From assembly GCA_004764695.1 (NCBI GenBank), contig SMSO01000037.1, forward strand, positions 162,747-226,746: a stretch of 64,000 bases of DNA, written 5' to 3'. The translations under genes and the position numbers were made by a program. The stretch is from Schizochytrium sp. TIO01 (taxonomy: Eukaryota; Protista; Bigyra: Labyrinthulomycetes). Below the pieces are notes generated by a model, which was given only the letters and a program-made list of their open reading frames with translations, searched no databases and was not told the origin of the DNA. Below are positions 1-11,252 of the stretch, piece after piece; positions within the stretch are counted from its first letter, which is position 1, and every line of letters starts with the position of its first letter.

Positions 1-541
1 TAAGTAATGTTGAACTTGAGTTTCGAAAATGGAGGTAGTAATGTAGAATCGAAAGAGACGGTGTGCACCGTAGATAATGAATGTTTGACCCAAATTGGGA
101 TATTCGCGGCCGAAATTAAAGTCTGACAAGAGGCCTGCTAACGATGTGAATCCCTTTGCAGCTGCATCTATCTACGAAATCAGAATCCAATACAACGACA
201 TCCAGAAAAATAACTACATTTTATTCGAAATGAAGAAATCTAGGTAGTAATGAAAGAAATATTATGTGCATGCGCCGTGCAAACGAACAATTGAGGGTGT
301 TCACGATAAGTTTTAAAGTTGTGCAGGACTTGGAGGTAGTACAGGTAGAAGCTTCCAATACAAAGTTGCATGGACGTGATAAGTTTCACGAGGCAACCAA
401 ATGCTGAAATCGTACCAGATGGTATCATTACACGCTCTGCGCTGCATTGCCTGCTTGCGCTGCTACAGATGAAGTAGGTACGTAAGTAAACTGTATTAAT
501 TCTTACAGGAGTCTAGTAATACTTTTGGACATCGTCCATTG

Positions 542-560
542 ATATATATATATATATATA
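542..560. repeat. (AT)n microsatellite
   Basis: Directly visible. Confidence 0.9.
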
Positions 561-1120
561 CCTTGGAAAACAGATCCACAGTACAACTTAAAACGAGTAG
601 ACATCTGTTCCTCTCTCGGCAAACCTATAATCCATTGCCTCGCTTGGCATATTGCTACATATTTTCAACCACAGTCGCACGGTATTGGTTCTGCAGCGAC
701 CAGAATCTAATCTGATAATCTTCCCACGTCACTGTATTGCTTTTTATATAGCCTCATAGTATGTATATATATTTTTTTTCTTTTTTAAAGTTTATTTATT
801 TATTTTAATTCTAAAATTAGAAATTAGAAAAAATCATAATGATAATAGTATTTAATCTTAAAAAATAAATAATATAGTAAGTTTTTTCAAGCTAGTCTCT
901 AGTCGTAGGCTTATAACATATAGTAGGTACCGATGGCCCCCGCCTCTAAAGAGAAACATTCACTCTTAAAGGTCCTAACCTACCTACCTGCTACTTAATG
1001 TCTGTCTATGAATCAGTGAAATTAATCTTTCCGTCGTTGGCACAGCAAGCAAACTGCAAGTCAACGCCGGTGCCAGTGTCTCTTGTGCGGGTCAACCGCG
1101 CAATATCAATCAGCGCAACT

Positions 1121-2806
1121 ATGTCAGATCCGTGGATGCGCGTGGATGCAGACTCCGCTTACTGGTTCTCAAGCCTGAGGAGCCAAGCGGAGGTGGAAGC
1201 TGGCATGAGCGTGACCTTTGAGCCGCTGAGCTCTCGGGCGCCAAAGGAGCTCGCAGATCTTCTATTCTGCCAGACCTGCAATCGCATTCTCACAAGACAC
1301 CCTCGCGATGTTGTAGACGAAATCGATGCCTATTACTGCCCTCATAGTTTGGACAATATGACTACATCAGATGCCATGGCTTTTATGCAGCGCAGCCCAA
1401 AGGTCTTTGAGTGCCCGGTTTGCGAGGCCGTGCTTGCTACTCAAGCCGAGTTTGGACTTCAAGTACCAGAGTCCAAATCGAAACAGGATTTTGAACCAAA
1501 TCAAAACCCTTCTGTGAACACAGAGGTTCACACAGATGCTCTGTACTTTTTTGCCTGTGGACATTGCTGCTGGGATTCTGTGGGTATTGATCTGACAGCA
1601 GCTTCGCCTGGAGAACTAATTCAGGCTGCATTGCAACGTGAGAAGAGCGACGGTCTGGACAGAACTAAGCTCCTCCCTGAGCTTACCAAATACTTTGTGG
1701 CCGTTGAGAGTAAACTTGGACTTTCGGCGAGCGTGCCGAGCCCCAGTAACAGCTCTGTGGGTCTACAGAGAAATTCTAGCCAGCAGCAGGTTAAATCTCT
1801 GGCATCCTTACTCGATGAAGACGAACCAAAGAACGGGGGTAATATCGATGACGAGGATGAAGATGGAGATGACGAGGAAAGACTCAATGATAGCCTCTGG
1901 CGATGGGAGGATGTGGATAATGCGCAGAGCATTAGAGCTCAGCAAGCACTTTTCGGGGAACCTGAAAACTCGTTGCCAGAATCACTGGAAAAGATTATGC
2001 AGGAGCTCAGAGAACGGGCAGGAAATGGTCATGGATATGATGATCAAAAGTTTCCTCAGCGCTCGCAATTGCGGACTAAAAGGGCAATTCGCTGCCGTCA
2101 GTGCATGGACAAAAACTTCGACAACATTCTTGTGAAGGGTCAGATTAACCCTCTGAAGGGCGACTCCTCAATTCGCACCAATGTTGGACAGTGGTTCAAA
2201 AAAAAGAGTCTTGCGTATGAACTTTTGCCTCGCATAGTCGTTGTGGAAGTCGGCCCCATAAACATGTCCGTTGTAGTTACAAACCCGCGCGATCTGATCA
2301 TAGAAGTAAGCTTTGACCGGTCCCCGTGGGTGAGGTTAGATGCGCATGATGAAGTCGAAGAGCTTGACCTGATTACTGCGGCGCAACCACCAAAACCATC
2401 CAAGCCACGCCAGGATGACCCTCAAGATCTCGTGCTTGCTCGCTTCTTTAATAAGGTGCTACTGAATCTCCCTATTCACCCAGCTGTGAAGGTGGTACGC
2501 ATGCGTGGGGGCGGCGAGGACACGGATGAGGTAAAAGAGCTAGAGTTTAGGGTACATTTCTCACACAATCACAATGAGATTGCCGAAGATACTGAAGATG
2601 ATGAAAAGGGCAATGTCGACCCGAATACTACAATCACATCGGAAGCTTTTAGTGAAAACGACGAAGGCAATGATGAGAGTGGCAATAAACCTGACCGAAA
2701 TACCGAAGATACTAATGAACGATCTGGTGCTCAGATTAGCGATAAAGAGAGCCACACTGCCCAGGAAACTGATAGTGAGATTTATTCCAATGAGAACGAG
2801 GATTAA
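1121..2806 (+). CDS. DCTN4: Dynactin subunit 4 (p62)
   Basis: ORF 998..2806; likely start ATG 1121 (MSDPW). Shows the p62 Cys pattern: LLFCQTC, EIDAYYCPHSLDNM, FECPVC, FFACGHCCWDS, and PQRSQLRTKRAIRCRQC..ILVK. The acidic C-terminal tail may be partly intronic. Confidence 0.88.
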   Translation: MSDPWMRVDADSAYWFSSLRSQAEVEAGMSVTFEPLSSRAPKELADLLFCQTCNRILTRHPRDVVDEIDAYYCPHSLDNMTTSDAMAFMQRSPKVFECPVCEAVLATQAEFGLQVPESKSKQDFEPNQNPSVNTEVHTDALYFFACGHCCWDSVGIDLTAASPGELIQAALQREKSDGLDRTKLLPELTKYFVAVESKLGLSASVPSPSNSSVGLQRNSSQQQVKSLASLLDEDEPKNGGNIDDEDEDGDDEERLNDSLWRWEDVDNAQSIRAQQALFGEPENSLPESLEKIMQELRERAGNGHGYDDQKFPQRSQLRTKRAIRCRQCMDKNFDNILVKGQINPLKGDSSIRTNVGQWFKKKSLAYELLPRIVVVEVGPINMSVVVTNPRDLIIEVSFDRSPWVRLDAHDEVEELDLITAAQPPKPSKPRQDDPQDLVLARFFNKVLLNLPIHPAVKVVRMRGGGEDTDEVKELEFRVHFSHNHNEIAEDTEDDEKGNVDPNTTITSEAFSENDEGNDESGNKPDRNTEDTNERSGAQISDKESHTAQETDSEIYSNENED

Positions 2807-4509
2807 AATCTGTAGTTGTAATTATTAATTTGACCCCATCGACAATGAACCGCCATCTTGTTCTCTCCCCCCCCTCCCTTTTTTTCGTTCTAAAATCACG
2901 CTATACCTGGCTTTTGATCTCCATGCATGAATTGTAATGTAGTTGAATTTCGCAGGTCGATTTCCCTTCAAGCTCACTATGATGGCCGTTCCATTGTACT
3001 TGCGGCATCATTCAAAATTCAGTAGTCAAAGTCATTGTACGAATATTCCGAGGTGTCTGCCAATCATTTTTGAGCTCAAGCTCCTTTTCCTCTGATTCAA
3101 TACAAACAACTCATCATCTGCAAATCAGTATCTTTCACAGGCGCTCTGCCTTTCATTTTCTGAATTGCCCGCGACTTATTTAACCTGGAGCCCTTTCCTT
3201 CTGAGGCAGTACAAGTAGCTTGAGTTTTGATCACGAAAATTGGATTTTGATATTACCACTTACAGTAGTAGGCCTAGCAGGTATCCGGTCTAGTCGTGAT
3301 GCTCGCTCAGAAAAGAAGAGCTCAATGCTTAATGGTATCAGGTACCACGACGTCTTCTTCGTTGCAACGCCTTCTTCCTGGATCCCCATTCCCTTCAAAC
3401 CAAACTGCTCACATACGCCGTCCATTGTCGCCTGCGCAAACGAAGATCATCGATTATTTTAAACCAAACCAGAATCCTCCAAGAATGACCCAATCTAAAG
3501 TACTTTGCATTTATCAGAATACTACTGCTCTTTTCCATCTGCAGCGTTCTGTTTGCCCATAGCAACATGATAAGATCACCTATGCCGTTCTTTTTCAAGC
3601 TTTAAGGACAGCTAAGGAGGGGGGCCTGGGGATATTTACTCATTCTCCTCTTAACCGTATTAAACCTGTATCTGACCGTTCTTAGCAGCCTCCTCATTGG
3701 AGTGGGCAACGAGACCTATTGCGGAAACGGCCCCTTTCAGCCATATGTATCTTGTATCACGAAAGCGCTCAGTCAAGTGACAAATTATCATGTGATGATA
3801 GAAGAAATCAACAATAGAAGTAGGTAGGGCAAGCTAGCTCCTCAATAATAGTAGTAGTTCAAGAAAGAGAAATGAAAAGAGATGAAAAGAAATGAAGAAG
3901 AAGATTAATTGAAGCGACGGCGAAGAAGCAGACGGGAAAGCGCTCGCTCTGGCGGCCTCCGCTCGCGACTCGAGCAGGCAGGCAGGAAGGCAGGCGGGAG
4001 GGAAGGTATCTATAGCGTGGCGGTGAGCCCTCGCCTCCTCACCCGCGTGGAAAACGTGGCCTGGGTCCAGGCATTCAATACGCAAATACGTTCGTTCTTC
4101 GTCGTGTATAGATAACCTCTTCATCTCTTTCGTCCTAGCTTGCAGAAACGTGATAGAAGACATTCCAAGTAACTGGAAAATAAGGATACGTGAAAACACA
4201 TCAGGGATACGGTCGAGAATTGCGAAATCTGCAGCAGAGATTGCCCGGAGGAAACATTACTGGTACCAGCATATTTTTCGTTGCTGGAGAGCAATCTCAG
4301 ACAAATTTATAGTTGCGCACTTTTTTGGTTTTGTTGGTTTTGTTGCGAGATACAACTAACTCGCAGCTTGGATCATCTCTGGTGAGGTGAAGTGGATCAG
4401 ACCAAATCACCTGGCCTCAAAAAAATAATATAGCTTCTTCACTTCAAGAGAACTTCACGGATCTGAAAAGATCAATTGATCAGTTGTGGTGAGACGATAA
4501 GCAGCCACC

Positions 4510-6885
4510 ATGGATAGCTTTCTTAATGTCTTCAAGCGACTCACGCAGTCAACAACTTATGATCGATGGCAACCCTCATTCACCAAGCTTGTACAGCAGG
4601 TCTGCACGCGTAATGGAGGTCCACGCAACCCACAAGGCCTTGCAGTTCACGAACGTATTGCCCTTCTACGGAAACTTGATCCCTTCATCAAACAGCCCTG
4701 CTTTGTGAACACAGACGAAAATGAAATGCTGCAGGCCAAAACTGATCTTCTCATGCTGTGGGAGTATCTTTTAGAGTTTGTTGTGGTCATGAGCAAAACC
4801 TCGGTGAAGGATCTTGGTTATTCTCTGATTGTCCAACTCATGCAACGTGAGGAATTCGCACTCAAACGCCTGGGGTTTGGTCCGAACTCAGCCACTCCTC
4901 ATTGCTCCCAAGCGCACCTCCGCCTTGCTGAAAAGTACAAAGCCTTGCTTGTTCAAACCTATATGCTTGTTATGAAGTCCATGACAAACAAGGGCAAATA
5001 CGCGGAGATCATTCACTTCAGTGCCCAAACCCTTGTGGTCTTTTTCTTTCGTCTTCCTCTCGTAGGAGGGAGTATTGTCGATGCACTCGAGCGAAAAGCT
5101 GCTCTACAAAGGGAAGGCAAGGACCCGGATGAGCTTCGGCTTGTCAAACAATTCACACCAATAGTAGATGCTAGCTCAAGCCAAGGCGCTGATGCGACGG
5201 AAACCAAGGAGGAGGATCCAGCTGCTACCATAAATGAGTTAGGAGTGAGGTTAGAGAGTAATGAAGGAGGGGAAGAGCTCCTCCTTGAAGCTTCAGGGGA
5301 GAATAGTAACGCAGAAACATCAGCATCTGGAAGGGAGAAACTTTCCAAAAGCAAGGAAAGTAACGGAGGCGATGCAGGTGCCTCGGCCACGGCCACGGAG
5401 TCCTCTTTCGTGGAGGCCCAAGCTGTAGCAAACCAATCTGACGCAGTGGGTGCTGAAACAGCTGCCCAACTGGATGACATCGTTCGCAATAAAAACAAAC
5501 GTGCTGCCATGGCTGCTGCTGCGGCTGCTGCTAAGGAGAGCACTACAGGTGCCTTCATCATGGAGAATCCCGATCTTTACATGTGGAACTATTTTAATTC
5601 AGAAGAGGAAGCCCGAGCTTTGATGCGTGTTCTCACCTCAGAAAATGCTTGCCTTTCTTGGCTGGCTACAAAAGAAACCTTTTTTCTGACTTTTGTGGAA
5701 ATGTACATTGTGCACGTAGAGACAGTTGCAAGCCATCCAATTGAATGGGAAGTCGTTCCGGCATACCACCTCATTCTTGATTGTTTTTGGCCTCTTTTGA
5801 GGTCATCTATGTGGTGGGATGGAATTTGTAAGCGCAGAGTGGGTGATGGCGACGGGTGGGTCACGTCGCTACCTGCCTATATGCGAGTGAAGCGTTCGGC
5901 ACTTGCCCTGTTGAGTAACAAAAGTCTGGTCAACCCTTTTATTAAGCTTACTTTTATGTGCTGCAATGCTCATTCTTTACTGAGCGTCGATAGCTGCGTG
6001 GAGCATCTCAACCTCTGGTTTTCTACCGTGGCATACGCAACTACCGCGCGAGAAGGCATCTCCAATCACAACCAAAATAGCAAGAACACGCCACCAAAGC
6101 AACGATTGGTGGATGACAACGTTAAAGATGGAGGCAATCTTTCAGAAAAACAAAATGACGATACACCTCGTTTGCCGTCCCTTCCTGCTAACTTTGATTA
6201 TGAAGGGTACTGGTTTGGTATCAGCAAGCTCCTTGAGTCAGACTTGTTTCAGGTGTTGCTCAAGGTTCTGAGTCTCCTGTACAATACTTTTCACCTATTT
6301 CGTGGTCAAATGCGCGTGAAGTTTGTCAATGACCTCATGCACAACTGCTTTTTTTCCTTATTTTTACATTGGTCAGCGGAGGTGCGAACATACTTTCAAC
6401 TCACACTCGTTTACAAGGTTTTGCGAGCAGACAGGCGCAATTTACCGTGCTTCACAGATGCCATTGTCATTGAGGAGTACGGCGAATCCCAGGATCCACC
6501 AATTTCATTACGACCCCCACAAAAGCGATTTACCTTTGGCGAACCTTCCAGAAACGGAGAAAGTGCAGCTGTCCCACCTGCCGTATATAGTGGTGAATCA
6601 TCGTTCGAGAGGAGGATGGCCATCTTTGATGATTCTAGTGTCACTGACAATGAGGAACTGCTTATTGATATTATGCACTGCTCTAAGATTGACTCTTATG
6701 TGCGCATGTGTTTGGATAAGGACCCTACAATCCCAGAGGAAAGGCGGCCTTACATTGATGCCTCACTTCGGCAGTATGCTAGCCTCTTGAAGCAATACTA
6801 CAAAGGCGTAAGTTCGGATTCCTCCGATTCACTGCCACTCTTAGCTCATCGAATGGTGTATAGTGATTCGAACCCCTATATGTAA
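4510..6885 (+). CDS. DUF1765 (UPF0592/Ahk1-like) helical protein
   Basis: 791-aa single-exon ORF with good ATG context (gccaccATGG). FSAQTLVVFFFRLP near the N-terminus and FDYEGYWFGISKLLESD..LLKVLSLLYN..FFSLFLHWSAEVRTYF near the C-terminus match my recollection of DUF1765 (FxHWSxxVRxYF). Confidence 0.75.
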   Translation: MDSFLNVFKRLTQSTTYDRWQPSFTKLVQQVCTRNGGPRNPQGLAVHERIALLRKLDPFIKQPCFVNTDENEMLQAKTDLLMLWEYLLEFVVVMSKTSVKDLGYSLIVQLMQREEFALKRLGFGPNSATPHCSQAHLRLAEKYKALLVQTYMLVMKSMTNKGKYAEIIHFSAQTLVVFFFRLPLVGGSIVDALERKAALQREGKDPDELRLVKQFTPIVDASSSQGADATETKEEDPAATINELGVRLESNEGGEELLLEASGENSNAETSASGREKLSKSKESNGGDAGASATATESSFVEAQAVANQSDAVGAETAAQLDDIVRNKNKRAAMAAAAAAAKESTTGAFIMENPDLYMWNYFNSEEEARALMRVLTSENACLSWLATKETFFLTFVEMYIVHVETVASHPIEWEVVPAYHLILDCFWPLLRSSMWWDGICKRRVGDGDGWVTSLPAYMRVKRSALALLSNKSLVNPFIKLTFMCCNAHSLLSVDSCVEHLNLWFSTVAYATTAREGISNHNQNSKNTPPKQRLVDDNVKDGGNLSEKQNDDTPRLPSLPANFDYEGYWFGISKLLESDLFQVLLKVLSLLYNTFHLFRGQMRVKFVNDLMHNCFFSLFLHWSAEVRTYFQLTLVYKVLRADRRNLPCFTDAIVIEEYGESQDPPISLRPPQKRFTFGEPSRNGESAAVPPAVYSGESSFERRMAIFDDSSVTDNEELLIDIMHCSKIDSYVRMCLDKDPTIPEERRPYIDASLRQYASLLKQYYKGVSSDSSDSLPLLAHRMVYSDSNPYM

Positions 6886-7250
6886 GCCGAATATTTCACA
6901 CAGCCCTCCCCCCTTCATTTCTTTGGCGTTTGCTATGAACTCCCAATCTCTTTTATGAGGAAGGATCAAAACTTAGCAGCAGATATTTATATATATAACT
7001 ATTCATGGAACTGCAAATTTGAATATAAACAAGTAAAATTGATTACCTGGCTCCAAATTGAGATTCTGTTTGTGTATCCCAAAAGACAAAGTCATCTTTT
7101 ACGATACTTTAATTGCAAACAATTATATGTATTAACTTAATTATTGTAGAAAAAGCCAAACATGATTGGAACCAGGTATACGTTTAAGAAAAGCATTAAA
7201 GTTCTTCATTGTTAGATACACATTTATTGAGTTGAAGTGATGGTGATATA

Positions 7251-10200
7251 TTACGAATCTAGTGGCTTCAACTTCTCGCGACCTGAGCTTGGCCTCTGCG
7301 TCTGCATCTGATCTTTGAGCTGTTGTAAATACGCCTTCAATCGCCCAATCTCGCTTCGTTGTTCTTCAAGAAGCTGAATCTCCTCAGGTGTTGCGCTCGA
7401 TGCCTCAGCATGAGGTAAATCATCTGTTGCTACAGAATCAAAATTTGGGCTGTTCTGAGAATCAGAAGACTGGTTGCTTCGAGACGTGATTCGGCGGCCC
7501 TGTTTTGCTGCGTTTCCAGGACTACGTTTTTTGCTTCCTACAGTTGGCGCACTCGGTGCAGCACCCCCTGACAAAAAGGAGCTAGTCTCCGGAGCTTCAG
7601 CAGCGCTTTGCATCCGTGTGCTGCGAATTTGCTCACGAAGTTCGCCAATTTCTTTGATGAGACCCATGTTACGCTCCATAATAACCATATTCTCTTCCTT
7701 GTGCTTCTGAACGTCAGTATTGAGCCTGCGTTTAAGTAAATCAGCGCTCTTTTCCAGAAAATCCTTTTGGCGCAAATATTCTCGTTTAATATCGACATCA
7801 ACCGTTTCTGTTTTGACCTCCTCGCTCAGGCTTGCCTGAAACATGGCTTCAACCTTTTCGCGTAGCCGCTCCGGGTGCTGAACATGCCTTGAGCACTCAT
7901 GAAGTGCGCTTTTAAAACGCAGCATTCTAGTTCGTTGATCTGTAAGGCGTTGACGGTTAGACATGATTACCTTTTGCATAGCATCAAGCTTGGATCGCAA
8001 ATCGCCAATCATAACGTCCAGCTCTGCGTTTCGCTTATGATACTGCTCAAGCTCATGATCCATCTCTTTGATTTGCTCCTTCATATCAGCAATTTCATTT
8101 TCTCGAGGTTCGATCTGACGCTTTAGCTCCTTGATCTTGTAATCAAGAACGAACTTGAATTTCTCAAGCTCCTGATTCTTCTTCTTCAAGTCATAGATCT
8201 TCTTTTCTTTGTCACCAATAGTCTCATCACGATCCCGAATTTCGTCTCGCAGACTCTGGATCTCTTTTTCAAGGACTCTGATTTGTGTGAGAAGATCCTT
8301 CTCTTTTGTAAGAATGGATTTAATGTCTTCTCTCTGAAACTCAATGTCCTTGCCAAGAGCTGAAAACTTCTTCTTCATGATGCCATTTTCACCCTTAAAA
8401 CGCAAGGTTGCCTCTCGCTCCGCACCAAGCTTGCTTTCGTACTTTGTCTTCAAAAGTTCAATCTCCTTGTCTATGTCACCCTCAAGCTGCCGCATCGTTT
8501 CGTCAAATTCTCGTTTCAGCTCCTCAACTTCGCTCATAACTTGCATCTTTAGTTCATGGTCCTCCTGGAGCTGTTGATCATAATCAAGAGTGATTTCACT
8601 AATGTACCTTTCGTGACTTTCCACCAACATTTGCTGTTGCTTTTCCCATTGCGTCTTTTGCTGGTCGCGCTCACGGCACAATGATTGATATCGCTCTACT
8701 TCAGCCATAATCTTGGTTTGGTAAGTGGACTCAATCTCTTGCAACTTTTGCTGGTGCAAGTCTTCAACTTGTTTGATCTTGTCTGCGTACTCCATCTCAA
8801 GATCGTTCTTTTCTTCGCGTAAAAGCTCGTAGCGATTTTTGTCTTGCTCAAGCTCATGCGTAAATTTCTCAGTCACCTCCTTGATCTTTTCGTTGTAGTT
8901 CATGTCTTTAAGACGAAGTTGGTATTCATTATGAAGCGTCAGTTCATCGACTTTGCTCTTTAGTTCGATCATGAGAGCATTTTTTTCTTCTAGATCAGAT
9001 TTGGTTACCAAAATCTCCTCTGCATACTGAAGAGACTGTGCGACCATACTGTCAAATGCACCACCAGCAGAAGTTCCAGCAACGCCTCCTCCAGATCGAC
9101 CGTCTTTCTCGCGCACCTCAAATACTTGCAAAGTTCCGTCTTCACCAGCGACGAATAAGAAACGATCTTCCCACGATAGGCGCATACGAGTCACAGGAGC
9201 AGCAAGACTTGGGTATTCACCATAATCTCCTGTCAAAGGAAATTTAAAAGAACGCACGGCACCGGGCCGAGAGGAGTCTGCCGAAGCACCGAACAACATC
9301 CTTTGCGATGTGCTTATGCACAATTGACTCAATGTACTACGACATTCAATCTCTTTCGTCACAACAGAAACTGGAAACTCAACTTCGCGGAGCATTGCAT
9401 CATTGCCCACAGCAAAAACAGCATCACCAGATTTATTGCAGATAGCAGATGTATAGTTGCACCCCTTTTTTACGTACTCACCATCGCGCTTGTTTTCCTT
9501 CAGGTCCCATTGGTATACTGCACCATCCATACCTGCAGAAATCAATTGCGAATCATTTTGAGACCAAAAGAGAGAACGAACTTTACCATTATGGCCACGC
9601 ATCATGCGGATGCACTCGCAAGTATAGGTATTAAATACATGAATTGTGTTTCCGTTCACTGCTGCAAACATATGGCCACCATTTGAGAATTGGCATTCGC
9701 GGCATGCTTTGATAGGAAGTTCTTTGGCAATGCGTAAATCATCCATGAGAAGATTCATAAGACGAAGCTTGTCTGAAAAGCCCACAAGAACATGAAGACC
9801 TGATGGATGGAAGCTGACTGAGTGTGCCTCTTCGTTAAAAAACTTGGTTAAATCATTTCGATTATCGAGGTAATCCCATACACGCACAGAACGATCTAGA
9901 CCGCAAGTAACGACCAAAGGTTTGCGCACGCATACATCTAGACCCGTGATACGAGCCATGTTACCGAGACCTTGCCTATGGAACGCATCGACAAGCATAT
10001 GACTAGTCATCTCATCCTGTTTCAGCAAGTCACTACTGGTGAGACGCACCCGAACAACTTGATTTGTATTAAGCGCCACCACAGCATACTCCTCAGAAGG
10101 ACTGACAGCGATTGACATCACTGCTTCTTCAAAGGTCTCCTCTTGAAGTTGTTGCATGTTTTGCATTTGTGTGCCTTGAGAATGAAACGTCGACATAGAC

Positions 10201-11252
10201 GTCATTCCTCGTCGAACGGTACCCGGCTGAAAAGCTGACGACGACTTTGGAGACGATTGGGCCAGAAAGTTATTTCCAGCACTTTGTATCGTGCTTTCTG
10301 CCACATTAAGCATTTTTGCTTCGCGGTAGTACCCTCTATCATCCTCAACAGTGAGATAGACGCGAATGTCACCACCTTCACAACCAATAATGAAACCATC
10401 AGAAAGGCTTGCCATACAGGTAATGGCTTTGCCGTTGGATGGAGCACATTCAAGGGTGGCAAGGTACTCTCCGGCCTCAAATAGAATAAAATCACCTCCA
10501 TCAGTAGCTAAGAGGACTCGATCATCATTAAGCCAAAGATGTGAAGTGAACGTTTTTGGTTCCATCTGACCTAGTAGATTTGGCATGGGCTTAAAAAGAC
10601 TCTCTACAATACGAAATGCTTTGAAAATGCCATCTCCAGTGACACACGCCACTGATGGATCAACAGGGTTAAAGCTGCATTGTGTTAGTGGACTACCTGC
10701 ACCATTAGACACTTTCACTGAGGACAGTGCCTTAGCTTTTTCCCACTGCCAGAGTACCAATGTCCAATCTGGACCACCACCCAAAGTAAGAAGTTGCTTG
10801 TTACTTGAGAAACACACGCTAACATATTCATTTGAGTTGCACTCCGACGTGCTTAAAAGCTTTCGCTTCTTTAAAGTACCGAGATCGTAAATGCTGACGC
10901 TGGCCCTCTGTCCACGTTCTGCGATGGCTACAAACTTATTGCTTGGACAGACACCCAAAGCGGTGATGCCCCAAGAACCCTCCGTGCCTTGAATAAATTT
11001 CTGTGTTCTGGTATCAGTATGATACACAACAACATTGTTTCCTGCAGGATACATGACAAGGTTCTCCTCAAGAAACCAAACGCTGTTGGCCACATCTGAT
11101 TTCAAGCCGAATATGTGTCTTGGAATAAGCGTTGCACTGCCAGATCCCGAGCCACTAGCACCGCCACCCCCGAGCACGCCATCGGAGCCGGCTTCTTGAT
11201 CCTTGCCTGTTGTCGTAGAAGCATTGGTCTCTTCGGGTGAAGTCGCGTCCAT
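7251..11252 (-). CDS. CFAP57: Cilia- and flagella-associated protein 57 (WDR65): WD40 propellers plus long coiled coil
   Basis: 1333-aa ORF with hallmark segments PRHIFGL, YPAGNNVVVY, ITGLDVCVRKPLVVTCGLDRSVRVW, EEILVTKSDLEEK, NEYQLRLKDMNY and KKKNQELEKFKFVLDYKIKELKRQIEPRE. Confidence 0.96.
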   Translation of the reverse strand: MDATSPEETNASTTTGKDQEAGSDGVLGGGGASGSGSGSATLIPRHIFGLKSDVANSVWFLEENLVMYPAGNNVVVYHTDTRTQKFIQGTEGSWGITALGVCPSNKFVAIAERGQRASVSIYDLGTLKKRKLLSTSECNSNEYVSVCFSSNKQLLTLGGGPDWTLVLWQWEKAKALSSVKVSNGAGSPLTQCSFNPVDPSVACVTGDGIFKAFRIVESLFKPMPNLLGQMEPKTFTSHLWLNDDRVLLATDGGDFILFEAGEYLATLECAPSNGKAITCMASLSDGFIIGCEGGDIRVYLTVEDDRGYYREAKMLNVAESTIQSAGNNFLAQSSPKSSSAFQPGTVRRGMTSMSTFHSQGTQMQNMQQLQEETFEEAVMSIAVSPSEEYAVVALNTNQVVRVRLTSSDLLKQDEMTSHMLVDAFHRQGLGNMARITGLDVCVRKPLVVTCGLDRSVRVWDYLDNRNDLTKFFNEEAHSVSFHPSGLHVLVGFSDKLRLMNLLMDDLRIAKELPIKACRECQFSNGGHMFAAVNGNTIHVFNTYTCECIRMMRGHNGKVRSLFWSQNDSQLISAGMDGAVYQWDLKENKRDGEYVKKGCNYTSAICNKSGDAVFAVGNDAMLREVEFPVSVVTKEIECRSTLSQLCISTSQRMLFGASADSSRPGAVRSFKFPLTGDYGEYPSLAAPVTRMRLSWEDRFLFVAGEDGTLQVFEVREKDGRSGGGVAGTSAGGAFDSMVAQSLQYAEEILVTKSDLEEKNALMIELKSKVDELTLHNEYQLRLKDMNYNEKIKEVTEKFTHELEQDKNRYELLREEKNDLEMEYADKIKQVEDLHQQKLQEIESTYQTKIMAEVERYQSLCRERDQQKTQWEKQQQMLVESHERYISEITLDYDQQLQEDHELKMQVMSEVEELKREFDETMRQLEGDIDKEIELLKTKYESKLGAEREATLRFKGENGIMKKKFSALGKDIEFQREDIKSILTKEKDLLTQIRVLEKEIQSLRDEIRDRDETIGDKEKKIYDLKKKNQELEKFKFVLDYKIKELKRQIEPRENEIADMKEQIKEMDHELEQYHKRNAELDVMIGDLRSKLDAMQKVIMSNRQRLTDQRTRMLRFKSALHECSRHVQHPERLREKVEAMFQASLSEEVKTETVDVDIKREYLRQKDFLEKSADLLKRRLNTDVQKHKEENMVIMERNMGLIKEIGELREQIRSTRMQSAAEAPETSSFLSGGAAPSAPTVGSKKRSPGNAAKQGRRITSRSNQSSDSQNSPNFDSVATDDLPHAEASSATPEEIQLLEEQRSEIGRLKAYLQQLKDQMQTQRPSSGREKLKPLDS

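Noticed and set aside
1-430. Short minus-strand open frames at the window start (1-172 after a TAG; 240-428)
   Set aside because: No recognisable family and no consistent splice path; may belong to a gene outside the window.
7474-10890. Numerous short antisense or alternate-frame ORFs inside large genes (also within ATAD5, CASP, NEK and the ankyrin gene)
   Set aside because: Shadow ORFs of strongly supported coding regions.
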